IMG/VR virus record: IMGVR_UViG_3300040811_001959
Length of the DNA stretch: 64,000 bases
Origin: a virus
Lineage: Duplodnaviria > Caudoviricetes
Strand: one strand, 5' to 3'
This document shows, piece by piece, positions 8,701 through 18,300 of this stretch (positions are counted from its first letter, which is position 1; each line of letters starts with the position of its first letter). Position numbers and translations under genes: made by a program. The notes under the pieces are model-generated. The model had not been told where the DNA came from. It saw nothing but the letters and a program-made list of their open reading frames with translations, and did no database searches.

Positions 8701-11194
8701 AACTATTATTACCGTTAGTTGCTCTTATTGTTCCGCCATTTTCTGCAAGATATCCTACATAGCAATAATAGGTAAAAACACTTACTAATTCTACCCGGCC
8801 TCTATTTAAAATATATGCTCCAATTCCGTCACTTAATACTTGGGTAAAATCATTTGCTACCATTGATCTATTACCGCCATTGTGTAATATTCCGTCAATG
8901 TGTGCGCCTATACATCCAGTACCTATTGTTGTTACTCCTTGAACATACGGAGATCTATTATTAATCCATGCTTCTTCGTGGGCAGGTCCCCAACCTGGAT
9001 CTAAGCTAACAAATGCTCCGCCAGTAACTCTTGTTGTATTAATAAGAGGTGCTGCTCCGGTCAATTGCCCTACTAATCCTTCAGTAGTACAATTTCGTAA
9101 TCCAGTGATGTCTCGTACATAAAACATATTTGTATGTTTAGATCCAATTATTTGATTAGCTAATAGAGTAGAATATCTAATAGCTTTATAATTTCCAACA
9201 TAGTTAAAATCGTAAATAAATCCATTTAAAAACATTTCAATGTCTAATTTTATTTTATCTGGATCAATTTCATCGGACAAAGTTGTTGCAGTAATCAAAC
9301 ACTCTTGTGTAAGGAATTCATAATTATTAATTATTAGAGAACGTGCTCGTTGAAAGCTTTCTGAACTTATATTATTTGTGCCAGTAAGTTCTATATTTGA
9401 CGGACTACCTTGTACAATTGATGTAATATTTTCTTCTATATTTGCAAATAAATTATTCATTAAATTTATTACAACTGTTGGATCCTCAATTTCTAGTTCA
9501 GGAAAAACTTGTACTGCTGTATTGCCTAATTGCGGCGATATATTTTCTCCGTTAATCAGAGAAGGAAAAATTGTAGCTAAATGATTTAAATATGCTATTG
9601 TAACTTCACTATCGTCAAACCCTGTATTATTTGGTAATATAGAAACAGATCTAAGCTCGTCGCCCATTACTACTGTCATTTTAGGAATTACAATTGGCAA
9701 TACTTCTTCGTATCTTCCTGTACTTACAGAAATTTTGCAAGGCATTATGTTATTTTCTTCAACAAATCTGCAAGCATATTGTATAGTTCTAAATGCGTGA
9801 TATGGATCTAAACCTCTTCCTCGAGCATCAATACCAGTTGGTGATACATATACAACAGTTGTTTCTGTTTGATGCAACGTTCTCCAGAACAATCTAAAAT
9901 CGTCACTAACAGATAATAACTGATCTAACTCTCCAATTCTCAAGCCTGTTGGCCCAATTGTGCTATTATCACCTACTGCTTCTCTTTGGAAATCGTAGGT
10001 AAGTAAGTCACCAAAAAAGTTCATTCCTGCTTCACTACCAGATTGTACAATTAAATCCCAGTAAAAAAAACCTTTGCCATTGTCGCCTGGAAAATTATCT
10101 CCATTTGATAAATGAGGACTGTTACATTTCCATGATTGGCCTAGGTAATAAATTATATCATTTATAAAATATTGTACATTTATCCTCCAAAAATTTGCCC
10201 ATTTTTGTCCAGGTATAAATACTTTCCATTTTGTTTCGTCTAAGACTTCTTCGTAATTTTGTCCTTCTAAAATAGCTTGACATTCATATAACTCGCCGCC
10301 AAACAGAGCAAGATCACCGGGTTTATACTGATTTCCTATAATGTAGTTACCGGTTATAGAATTAGAGGAAACCAATTTGTTCCAATAGGCTACACTATCA
10401 TCTGTATTTGTCGGAGCAACATTTACGTTACTAGCAAGACATACATACCACGAACCACCAAATTGCACTGTATCACCTGCACCGTAATATGTGCTTGCAG
10501 TCCATTCGTCTGCATATACATATCCAGGTATAGCTACTTCAAAATTGTGTCGATAAAAGTTAGGTCCTGACACATGTGATACAATAACAACATATATTGA
10601 TCCACCAAAATTTACATAATCATTTTTTTTATAAAAAATTCCTTCTGTGTAATCTCCTATAAATTGATGACCATCTGTAAATAAATTCCATTTTGTTTCG
10701 TCATCTTCTAACAGTGTTCCAGAAGTATGAGACGTAATACATCTATAATTCAAACCGCTATATTTTACAATTGCACCTGCTCCAAAAACTTTATTTGGTT
10801 CCCAGTCCTTAACATATTCACTGCCAGTAATAAAAACATTCCATTTGCTTATGTCATTTGAAAATGCTCCTGAAAAATGTCCATCATTGCACAACCATAA
10901 CGATCCGTCAAATAGAACAATATCTCCTTGTTGATATTGATAAGAATTCTGCCATCTTCCTATAAAAGCTTGACTGCCGGTCATTACTTTCCAATGTATG
11001 TCTGGTAAAGGAGGATTGCTATTCGGAACGATTGCTTCTAAATCTACGTTAAAATCAGCATTTGAAACATGTTGCTTAAAACAAACATAAGTTTTTGCTC
11101 CTACTCTTACTACATCGTCTTTATTGTAGCTATAATTTGGCTGCCATTCACCTAACCAATTATATTTGAATCTTTCTAGTTTAAATTCTGACAT
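5759..11194 (-). CDS. Giant virion appendage protein (1811 aa): 7 CBM5/12-like repeats, beta-helix, BNR/Asp-box-like propeller
   Basis: Repeats W-x-G-x-W-x5-Y-x2-GD-x-V-x-Y-x-G-x2-Y-x-C; motifs VYVSPTG, EVLPIVIP..MGDELRS and SPYVQGVTT; SxDG/NGxxW boxes. Confidence 0.75.
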   Translation of the reverse strand: MSEFKLERFKYNWLGEWQPNYSYNKDDVVRVGAKTYVCFKQHVSNADFNVDLEAIVPNSNPPLPDIHWKVMTGSQAFIGRWQNSYQYQQGDIVLFDGSLWLCNDGHFSGAFSNDISKWNVFITGSEYVKDWEPNKVFGAGAIVKYSGLNYRCITSHTSGTLLEDDETKWNLFTDGHQFIGDYTEGIFYKKNDYVNFGGSIYVVIVSHVSGPNFYRHNFEVAIPGYVYADEWTASTYYGAGDTVQFGGSWYVCLASNVNVAPTNTDDSVAYWNKLVSSNSITGNYIIGNQYKPGDLALFGGELYECQAILEGQNYEEVLDETKWKVFIPGQKWANFWRINVQYFINDIIYYLGQSWKCNSPHLSNGDNFPGDNGKGFFYWDLIVQSGSEAGMNFFGDLLTYDFQREAVGDNSTIGPTGLRIGELDQLLSVSDDFRLFWRTLHQTETTVVYVSPTGIDARGRGLDPYHAFRTIQYACRFVEENNIMPCKISVSTGRYEEVLPIVIPKMTVVMGDELRSVSILPNNTGFDDSEVTIAYLNHLATIFPSLINGENISPQLGNTAVQVFPELEIEDPTVVINLMNNLFANIEENITSIVQGSPSNIELTGTNNISSESFQRARSLIINNYEFLTQECLITATTLSDEIDPDKIKLDIEMFLNGFIYDFNYVGNYKAIRYSTLLANQIIGSKHTNMFYVRDITGLRNCTTEGLVGQLTGAAPLINTTRVTGGAFVSLDPGWGPAHEEAWINNRSPYVQGVTTIGTGCIGAHIDGILHNGGNRSMVANDFTQVLSDGIGAYILNRGRVELVSVFTYYCYVGYLAENGGTIRATNGNNSYGEYGSVALGIDDAETPRYATVNTRTTEASVYQAFAGEISDDSGELDRLLIFEYAHCGENYTNASATVVGSGNFVQSEYNSFRQGGIFEFRLQEPQDSTRIGGLGYTIRKNNAQLGTDLDIKLSATDLFTADDYVGQRLVITSGPGTGQYGYIQAYEDDDLSQNYRTATIYRESDDQPGWDHIVPGTTIAPLLTASTSYSIEPRIIVPHPGFSVTAELLSNSKLWTDVIWGPTTEIYNISLDFGNGEVVGIIPLRANFRVTKQGKEYSVDILNGGAGYAVDDIFVIKGDQLGGEVDINDLTIKVLEVTDDSTSTITNIQITGEGLEGKWMVVSDGNFSGYSIDGKTWTEIFLPLIQAWSKIINGNGIFICIPYGTSSTIAYSRTGTNWGQASLPSTRNIKDIAYGDGIFVILTNSSTAFYSTNGTSWASSEIPNSVTTDWTVLTYEYNKFIALSDARAIALGVWDEDTEDIIWTVEADSTPLNQPDPEQPGLPHEFISITSNAGHIIALTTEGRLLVSISESINGWVEYSTPAGSYNKIQNSNGLYFITGTANSNILAVSENGIDWTEQTLPSFNVWSAISFGYKGNSGFHYGLISNNDSDILLIQTGKRALARAKVDSSTIDAIVIWDPGSGYINGNDYELEIVDNSWVSQAFVTTRIGNYVLPQPTFINRGIGYRSSTTRVTISGNGYADRIPSNDVDIFVDGLTVYPGPGAQLRIDGIYDEENPDDLRIFTLVTIDPLGSDGSIAGTLRADFRISPKIQNKDLLTHNRSIEIRERYSQCRITGHDFLDIGTGNFVDTNYPALYAEGAFFIAKPEQEVIENGGGRVFYVSTDQDGNFRTGELFAVEQATGIVTISADFFSLDGLSELALGGVRLGGSGTVIREFSTDVNFYADSDNIIPTQRAVVTFIESRISAGGGEVLTNELIAGQVRAGTNENIFSTTTGFKLNVNTRADFIGAQNKGVKGSPLALSYYFRDALR

Positions 11195-11197
11195 ATT

Positions 11198-11572
11198 TTA
11201 ATAACCTTCTGTAGATATTCCTTCTTCATAAACATGATTTCTATTAATTTTTATAGACAACCTGCCATTAATATCAATGTAATAACTTAAAAATCTATTA
11301 TCCCATTTTAATTGCGGGTATCTTAAATTAGGATATTCAATTTCATGATCGATTGTAATGCCTTCTAAGAAATCAATACCTTCTTCAAAAAAAGGATAAT
11401 TGTCATCTCCAGTACCAATTTCATTAATTACAATTTCATCATCATCTGTTCCTAACTGATCTATTGAAATAAAAAATAATTCACCGTCTTCGTTCCTTCG
11501 TAGTCCATATAGATATCTTTTTATAAAACTTTGGTTGATATCAGACGGTGTAATTCCAATAAAATAGCTCAT
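11198..11572 (-). CDS. Hypothetical virion-associated protein (124 aa)
   Basis: ORF track; tightly packed in the structural operon. Confidence 0.6.
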   Translation of the reverse strand: MSYFIGITPSDINQSFIKRYLYGLRRNEDGELFFISIDQLGTDDDEIVINEIGTGDDNYPFFEEGIDFLEGITIDHEIEYPNLRYPQLKWDNRFLSYYIDINGRLSIKINRNHVYEEGISTEGY

Positions 11573-11581
11573 AACTTTTCC

Positions 11582-11908
11582 TTAAATTGTCACATAACTT
11601 ACAATAACATCTATAGAATTTTCTGTACTAGATTGAACGTAGACTGAACTATTTTCTGTCAGAATTAATTTTTCTCCTGTAGAAATTAATCTTAAACTTG
11701 TGCCTGATGCTATTACAGTATTTTTTAAATAGAATACAGATGTATTAGTAGAATCTTCTAAAATAACACTTGCATTAATTAATGTAGGAGAAATATTTGT
11801 TAAACTTAATCCAATAACAGTAGCATTTACTTTAGTACCGGTAGATAATACAGAGACTGGCGTTTGACCAATATTACCAATTATGTTATTTTGTATTTGT
11901 GTTGGCAT
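11582..11908 (-). CDS. Small beta-rich virion protein (108 aa), distantly similar to 28476..28919
   Basis: ORF track; late promoter directly upstream. Confidence 0.65.
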   Translation of the reverse strand: MPTQIQNNIIGNIGQTPVSVLSTGTKVNATVIGLSLTNISPTLINASVILEDSTNTSVFYLKNTVIASGTSLRLISTGEKLILTENSSVYVQSSTENSIDVIVSYVTI

Positions 11909-11932
11909 AATTAACCCAATTAAACTATATTG

Positions 11933-11940
11933 TATTTATA
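11933..11940 (-). promoter_or_regulatory. T4 late promoter TATAAATA
   Basis: Exact consensus 25 nt upstream of the ATG at 11908. Confidence 0.75.
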
Positions 11941-11956
11941 GTAATAATTATGTTAA

Positions 11957-12388
11957 TTAATCGTCGACTACTGCACCACGATAAAAATCAAGGGTCATTA
12001 GATACTGATAAGCCTGTGTAAGTTCATTATTTAGATTATTAATATCTAATAAAAACATGCATCTTGAATCGTATGCTGCATGTCCTACATGTTGGCCGTA
12101 TTCATTATCTGTAGGATACATGCCTATAAAACCTACAGGACGCATACCTTTTTCTTTATCTTTTTTTGATGCCCAAACAGTTATTGCAATAGTGCAAACA
12201 TAGCCAGCTTTCCAAAGAACTTCAGGGCCTTTGTCTCCTACTTCTGTAAAGCCAGATTCAGTTGAATCGTCTGGTGGGGGTAAAATGTCACTTACTCTTT
12301 TTTGGGTTGATATTTGTGTAATTACATGATATGCATTTGGTATTGTATATGATGTACCTGCTAGAGTATAATCTTTTATTAAAGCCAT
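11957..12388 (-). CDS. Probable tail fibre assembly/accessory protein (143 aa)
   Basis: Coupled (TAATG) directly downstream of the long fibre gene; function inferred from position. Confidence 0.5.
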   Translation of the reverse strand: MALIKDYTLAGTSYTIPNAYHVITQISTQKRVSDILPPPDDSTESGFTEVGDKGPEVLWKAGYVCTIAITVWASKKDKEKGMRPVGFIGMYPTDNEYGQHVGHAAYDSRCMFLLDINNLNNELTQAYQYLMTLDFYRGAVVDD

Positions 12389-15300
12389 TATTTAATCCTG
12401 TCTAATAATTTATTTACTAAATCTTTTAATTCTATAATTTCATTTTCTAATTTATCAATTTTTTTCTGCTGGGTTTTAATTGCTTCAATAAAAACACCTG
12501 CCATTTTTCCATAATCAACACCATATTGGTCAATATCAGCTGCGTAGGTTACAACTTCAGGAAGTATTTTTTCAACATCTTGTGCAATCACTCCTACCTT
12601 GCGGGTTTTTGCTTCGTCATCTTTGCGATTATAATACACCCCTTGTAATTTTAATACAATGTTTAAAGCATCGTCAACTGCTACAACATTTTCTTTTAAT
12701 CTTGCATCAGAATACGCTACAATATCACCGGTGCTATAAACTGCTTTGTCTACATATAACCCATAACTACTACTTGTTGTGCTTGTATTAATTCCTGTAC
12801 AATTATTATTCCTGTTATGATAAAGATACCACCGTGATGTAGAATTATTATTAAAATAAATTCCACCGTTGCCTCCCGAGTCACCCATGTAATGCATGTA
12901 ACTGTATGAATCTAGAAAACCGCCATACCCTCCCCTACTCCCATTCATTCTCCACGGTGTATACGATGTTAGAGTATTTGGATACCAATGTGCGTCGTTT
13001 GCATTAGAATAGATGCCTTGGGTGCCAAAATTCATCCAATTACCGGAATAATTATAACCACTACTTCCGTTAACTTGAAATACTACTGTATCTGAATCAT
13101 AATCGCTTGTAAATCGAACGCCATTGTAGCTGCTATTTGCTCCTATTTTTATTCCCGTATGATAATTAATACGTAAATCAGGATACGGTGTAGACCATGC
13201 ACCTCCTTCTTGATATAAAGCATAGGCATGAGCACTAGCTGATGCTGGTTTTCCACTGTCTTGACCAGTTTTGTAAAACCAAAGTGTTCCTACGCTAACA
13301 TCATAATTATCAGCTCCACTTACTGAGGTACCAAGTGCTGGAAAATGTTTTCCGTCAAGTGTGTCAGCATCTAGTCCTGAACTAGGACCATCATTACCTG
13401 CATGCCATACCGTATAGGCATTGCTTTCTGCAGTGTATTGCAATCCATTTATTCCATCATTTATATCTAAATATTCATCAGTTCTGTCATTATATAGCCG
13501 CAATGAACTGTTATTTACATATTGAATATATGCTCTTCTAGTAGTATCTTGCCAAAAAGATATATAAGGATTGCCTGTAGTGCTTTGAGTTTGAATTTTT
13601 ATCTGTTCATCACCATTTCTACGTAGAGTTAATAATCCAGTTGATGTATCATCTGCGTCACTCCTTATAAATGATCCACTATCAAGTCCGTCTACAGTAT
13701 CAGCATCTAAACCACTGCCTGTTCCATCATTACCTGCATGCCAAACAGTGTTGCCTAGGATTGTCATTCCGGCACCTGTACCTCCTAAACTGATAGTATT
13801 TGACCAACTAGGTATTGTTCCGTTGCTAACAAGTACAGTATCGCTCAGTCCTATATTCAATTGTGTCAAGCTGTTGTTAGAACCACTGTAAATCAAATCT
13901 CCTTGAGAATACGTTGTAAGTCCTGTACCACCTTGAGCAATTCCTATTGCTGCTGATTGGTTTGTAGGATCTAAGAAATATGCTGCACTAAATCCTCCTA
14001 ACAATCCTGCATCAATTACTCCTGATTTGACACTTACTTTTCCGTTAGTCACTGTAAATTGACTTTTAAGAAAGCTAGATAATCCTTCTGAACTATAGGT
14101 ATTATCATTGGGATTTGATGCTTGATCAGAAGCTCGTGTAATATCAATTACTAATGAATTATAATAATAATTGATATTACTTGTTGTAAAATAATCTCCT
14201 GTAAATGTTATTGGACTATTAGTATTTGGTCTAATATTCTGGAGTGCATATTGCCAAGAACTGTCTCCCCTAAGGAACGTTTTATTAGATGCAGAGCCTG
14301 CTGCTGCTAATCTAGAGGTTGTTATAACGCCACTAACAATGTTTGATGCATCTATAGTAGATTGAGCTATTCCGCTCCAGTTGGTTGCAACAGAACTTGA
14401 ATAATTGTAAGCCCCAATTACTTTAACGTTTTGCTCTCTTACTGATAAAGTACCAGCACCTACATCTGTAATATCAACTGCTGATGTTGTAGCTCCGTTG
14501 ACACTGCTTGTTGCATCTGCTACGTTATTGTGTAAACTAAAAGAATTTGTTGTAACACTACCTATCCAGTAAGAACTAAAATCATTTAAACCTCCGGGCA
14601 TTAATGAAGAGCTCGATAGTCTAACTGGAGTTCCAACAGTTAGTCCATGGCTAGGGTATATTATCCTATTTTCGTCAACATTTATTTCATATCTTGTTAG
14701 ATTGTGTGATCCGGTGCTTGATCCACTTAAACTTACTGCAGTTCCACTAGTAAAAGCATAATTTGTATATAGTTCAATTGAATCTGTTGTTATAACTTTT
14801 ACAAAATATGTCGTATTATTAGTGAGTCCTGTAATTGTTAAATTACCTCCATTACTATACCTAACCGGATCGCCGTCAGCAAATCCGTGCGCTGTTATAT
14901 TAATGTAATTATTAGCGTAATCAACATCACCGCTTTGAGCAATATCAGCGGCATTAAATGATTTTACAATCGATCCTGTTTGATTGACTCCAAAGATTGG
15001 AGCATTTGCATCAGTTATATAGTCTGGAATAGCAGCACTAGGAGAAAATTTAATATAACTACCTGTTAACTCTAAGAACAATCTATTTTGGATAGAAGTT
15101 ACAACTCCGGCAAAACCGCTGCCAGTTCCGCTGAAATCTGCATTTGAAACTGTTATAGTATCGCCTACTGTCCAATATTCACTCGCATCAACTATATCAA
15201 TATTTGTAATTACACCATTTGATACTGTAACATTACCAAGAGTATTACTGGCTCCGTTTCCGTATAACACTGCATTGTAGACAATAGTGTTTCCTCCATT

Positions 15301-18300
15301 GCTATATCCTGATCCTCCATTAGTTATATTAAGTGTGTACAAGATACCAAGTCTTAAAGGACTAACAGAACCAGTTCCTGTTGGACCATTAACCAAATTA
15401 CCTTCTGCACCTGAAACTGCTCCTATAACACTCACCGTTGTGCTAAAATTATAACTTTGTGAAGGGTCTAATACTAGAAATTGATTTGTGTTATCATTGT
15501 TTAGAAAATAATTTTCAACAATTGTTGTTACTGGTCCTACAACTGTTGGAACTGAAGCTGCACCAAGAAATGTACCATTATCTATCAATTGATTAGATGT
15601 ATTAAATGTGCCTGTTGGATTTACAAGTATTAAAGTTGTACCGTTGATAACAGCTTCTTTAACAGTACCAGATGCTCCACTGCTATCTTGAATTAAGAAC
15701 ACGCCTTTAACAATGTATGTTGCTGATGTAAGAGTTAATTCTATTTGATCATATGTTTCACTTGCATTATCACCTGATAGAATTTCTGTTACAGGTACTG
15801 TATTCCATAATGTAAACCTACCTTCGTATGAATCTACATTGTAAGTGGTTACACCTCGACTAGGAGGTAATAAATCTGCGTTTATTTGTCCTTGACTATT
15901 TAGTAATACTAAAGCACCAGGAACAGCATTAGAACTAGCTTGTTTATCTAACACATCACCTAATCTATTAGCAAAAAAACTCCGCACTGCAAGTTGCGTT
16001 GATAATCTACTATTAAGAGCTCCGCCTGGCTCATTGTCGCCTAGATCAACATCAGTAGATATAGCATCAACTTCAACATCTGATAACGACAACTTCAAAA
16101 CTGCTAATGTTGTAATTTGGACTTCTGTCCTAAAAATGATATTACCAGATTTATTTTCAGCAACAATAAAATCGCCAACTTTAAAATCACCTAATTCATT
16201 TGTACCTGAACTGTAAACTCTACCTGGTAATTCTGATATCTGCTCAAAAGATGCACCTCTTCCTAAACCACCGTTTTGTGGTAATGCATTGTAGTCAATT
16301 CCTGATCCGGCATATTCCCATGTATGAGCCGACGAGTTTACAATACTTGGACGATGGAAATTTATTTTTTGTAATAATGCCTGGGCATATTGCAGAAAAG
16401 TATTTCCTTCAACTGTAGATTGAATTTGAAACTGTGAAGTCCATAAATCTGTACGTGATGCGGTACCTGCAACACCAATATTGCTTGAACTTCCATTAAT
16501 GCTAGTTATAGAGCTAGTTGCAGACCAAAACACTCGTTGTTGTAATTCATTTATAACGCTGTACTCTACTGATACAACTAAAACATTTGTTGCGCTATTG
16601 TATGAATAAACATAAGCATTATTTTCAAATCCATCTGTTTCTCCAACTATTGAATCACCAGGAGAAAAACTGTATGTTCCAGGATCTAAATTTAATGTTT
16701 GATAATTATTGTGATAATCTATCATCCTATCGACAAAAAATTCTTCTGGAAAAAGCAACAGTTTGTGATTACCTACACCAACTGCTGTAATATCTATTTG
16801 AGCTAATAATCCTTCGTCATTGTATAATTCAATAGTATCTTCATCAATAGTTTTTATGTAATAGATAGCCTGATCAACTAAACCAGGAATATCAATATTA
16901 CCGTCATTGCTGTACTGTGCAGGTGTACTATCTAATATACCATGTCCTACAATTGTTATTTGGTTTAAAGTTGCATCAATGTCAACTGCTGCATCAAATG
17001 TCTTAATTGGCTGTACGGCCTTGAAACTACTTGTTATATCTAAATTTGTAGTAGCATCTTTAATTCTAATTACAAATTGTTCAATAACTCTTCTTCCTGT
17101 TCCAATAGAAGTTATTGTAAAAACACCATTTGATGTTCCTATGTTTGCAATCAAACCTCTATCAAATGTAAAACTATTTTGGCTATAACCTGTTGCTCGT
17201 AAAGCAAAATAACCAAAGTTTGTGGCTGAGTTTGTAATAGATAAGTATCCACCAGACTGGCAGTATGAACCATTTAGGCAAAATATTTGAAAACAAGATA
17301 CAATTTGGGCATATCCGTCATTAGTTACAAGCCATCCTGTACCGCCAAATGATACCATTGTGAAAGCGTTAGCAACCATAGATTTACCTTGTTCAGGCAC
17401 ACCATCTGTTAAATTAACTGGAAATTCTGCTTCGTCTGGAAATTGAGGAATGTTAGGAGTAAGAACTTTTGATCCGTCAACTTTGACTCCATTGCCGCCT
17501 AAGAATGATATTATTGATGAATTTTGAATATATGGAGATAAAGTTATAGTTGGTTTATCTTTAGACAGACCAAAATATCCTGTCCTATCAACTGAACTAT
17601 CAGTAGGATCATCAAATGCTACCGCAAAATCAAATGTGTAATCTGGACGCAAATCATTATCAAGGCCATCTCGGAAAGTGATGCCAGTGAGATATGCTCC
17701 ATTCCTTACCCTAAACATATCTTTATTTGCATTCAATGGTCGAATAACAACTGCTCGCAAACTATCTCCTACAACAGAAACTAGATCTGGAATAATAATA
17801 GGATTGTCTACATAAAAATCTCCACTAGCAACATTTACTGTAACTGGAATAGTCCTAAAAGATGCTGCTGTAACTGTTCCACTATATGCAGTTTCTGTGT
17901 CTAATATATCTACAATGATATTGTATAATGCTAAAATATCAGTTTCTGTAGTTGAAGCAGTAAGAGCAGGATATTTTACTTGCTGTACTATATTCTGATA
18001 TTTTGCTGGATGATCTGCACTGTTAATAATGCTAATACTTAAATCTCTTATGAATTTTATAGATTCAACAGTTGCTGTTTTTTGATTGTTTATTACTTCA
18101 GTAACTGTTAAATAGCTTTCTCCTGCTTCAACGGATTTTTCATTTCCGCCTAGGATTAAATCAAAAACAACAGCATCAACAATTAATCCTACGTCTCTTT
18201 CGCATGTTGCTGAATTGTAAGTTAGGTTATTGTAAGTTGTAGTTATAAAATTTATTGTGGCCGAAATAGTTGTTCCTCTTAAGTTTTGAACATTTGTAAA

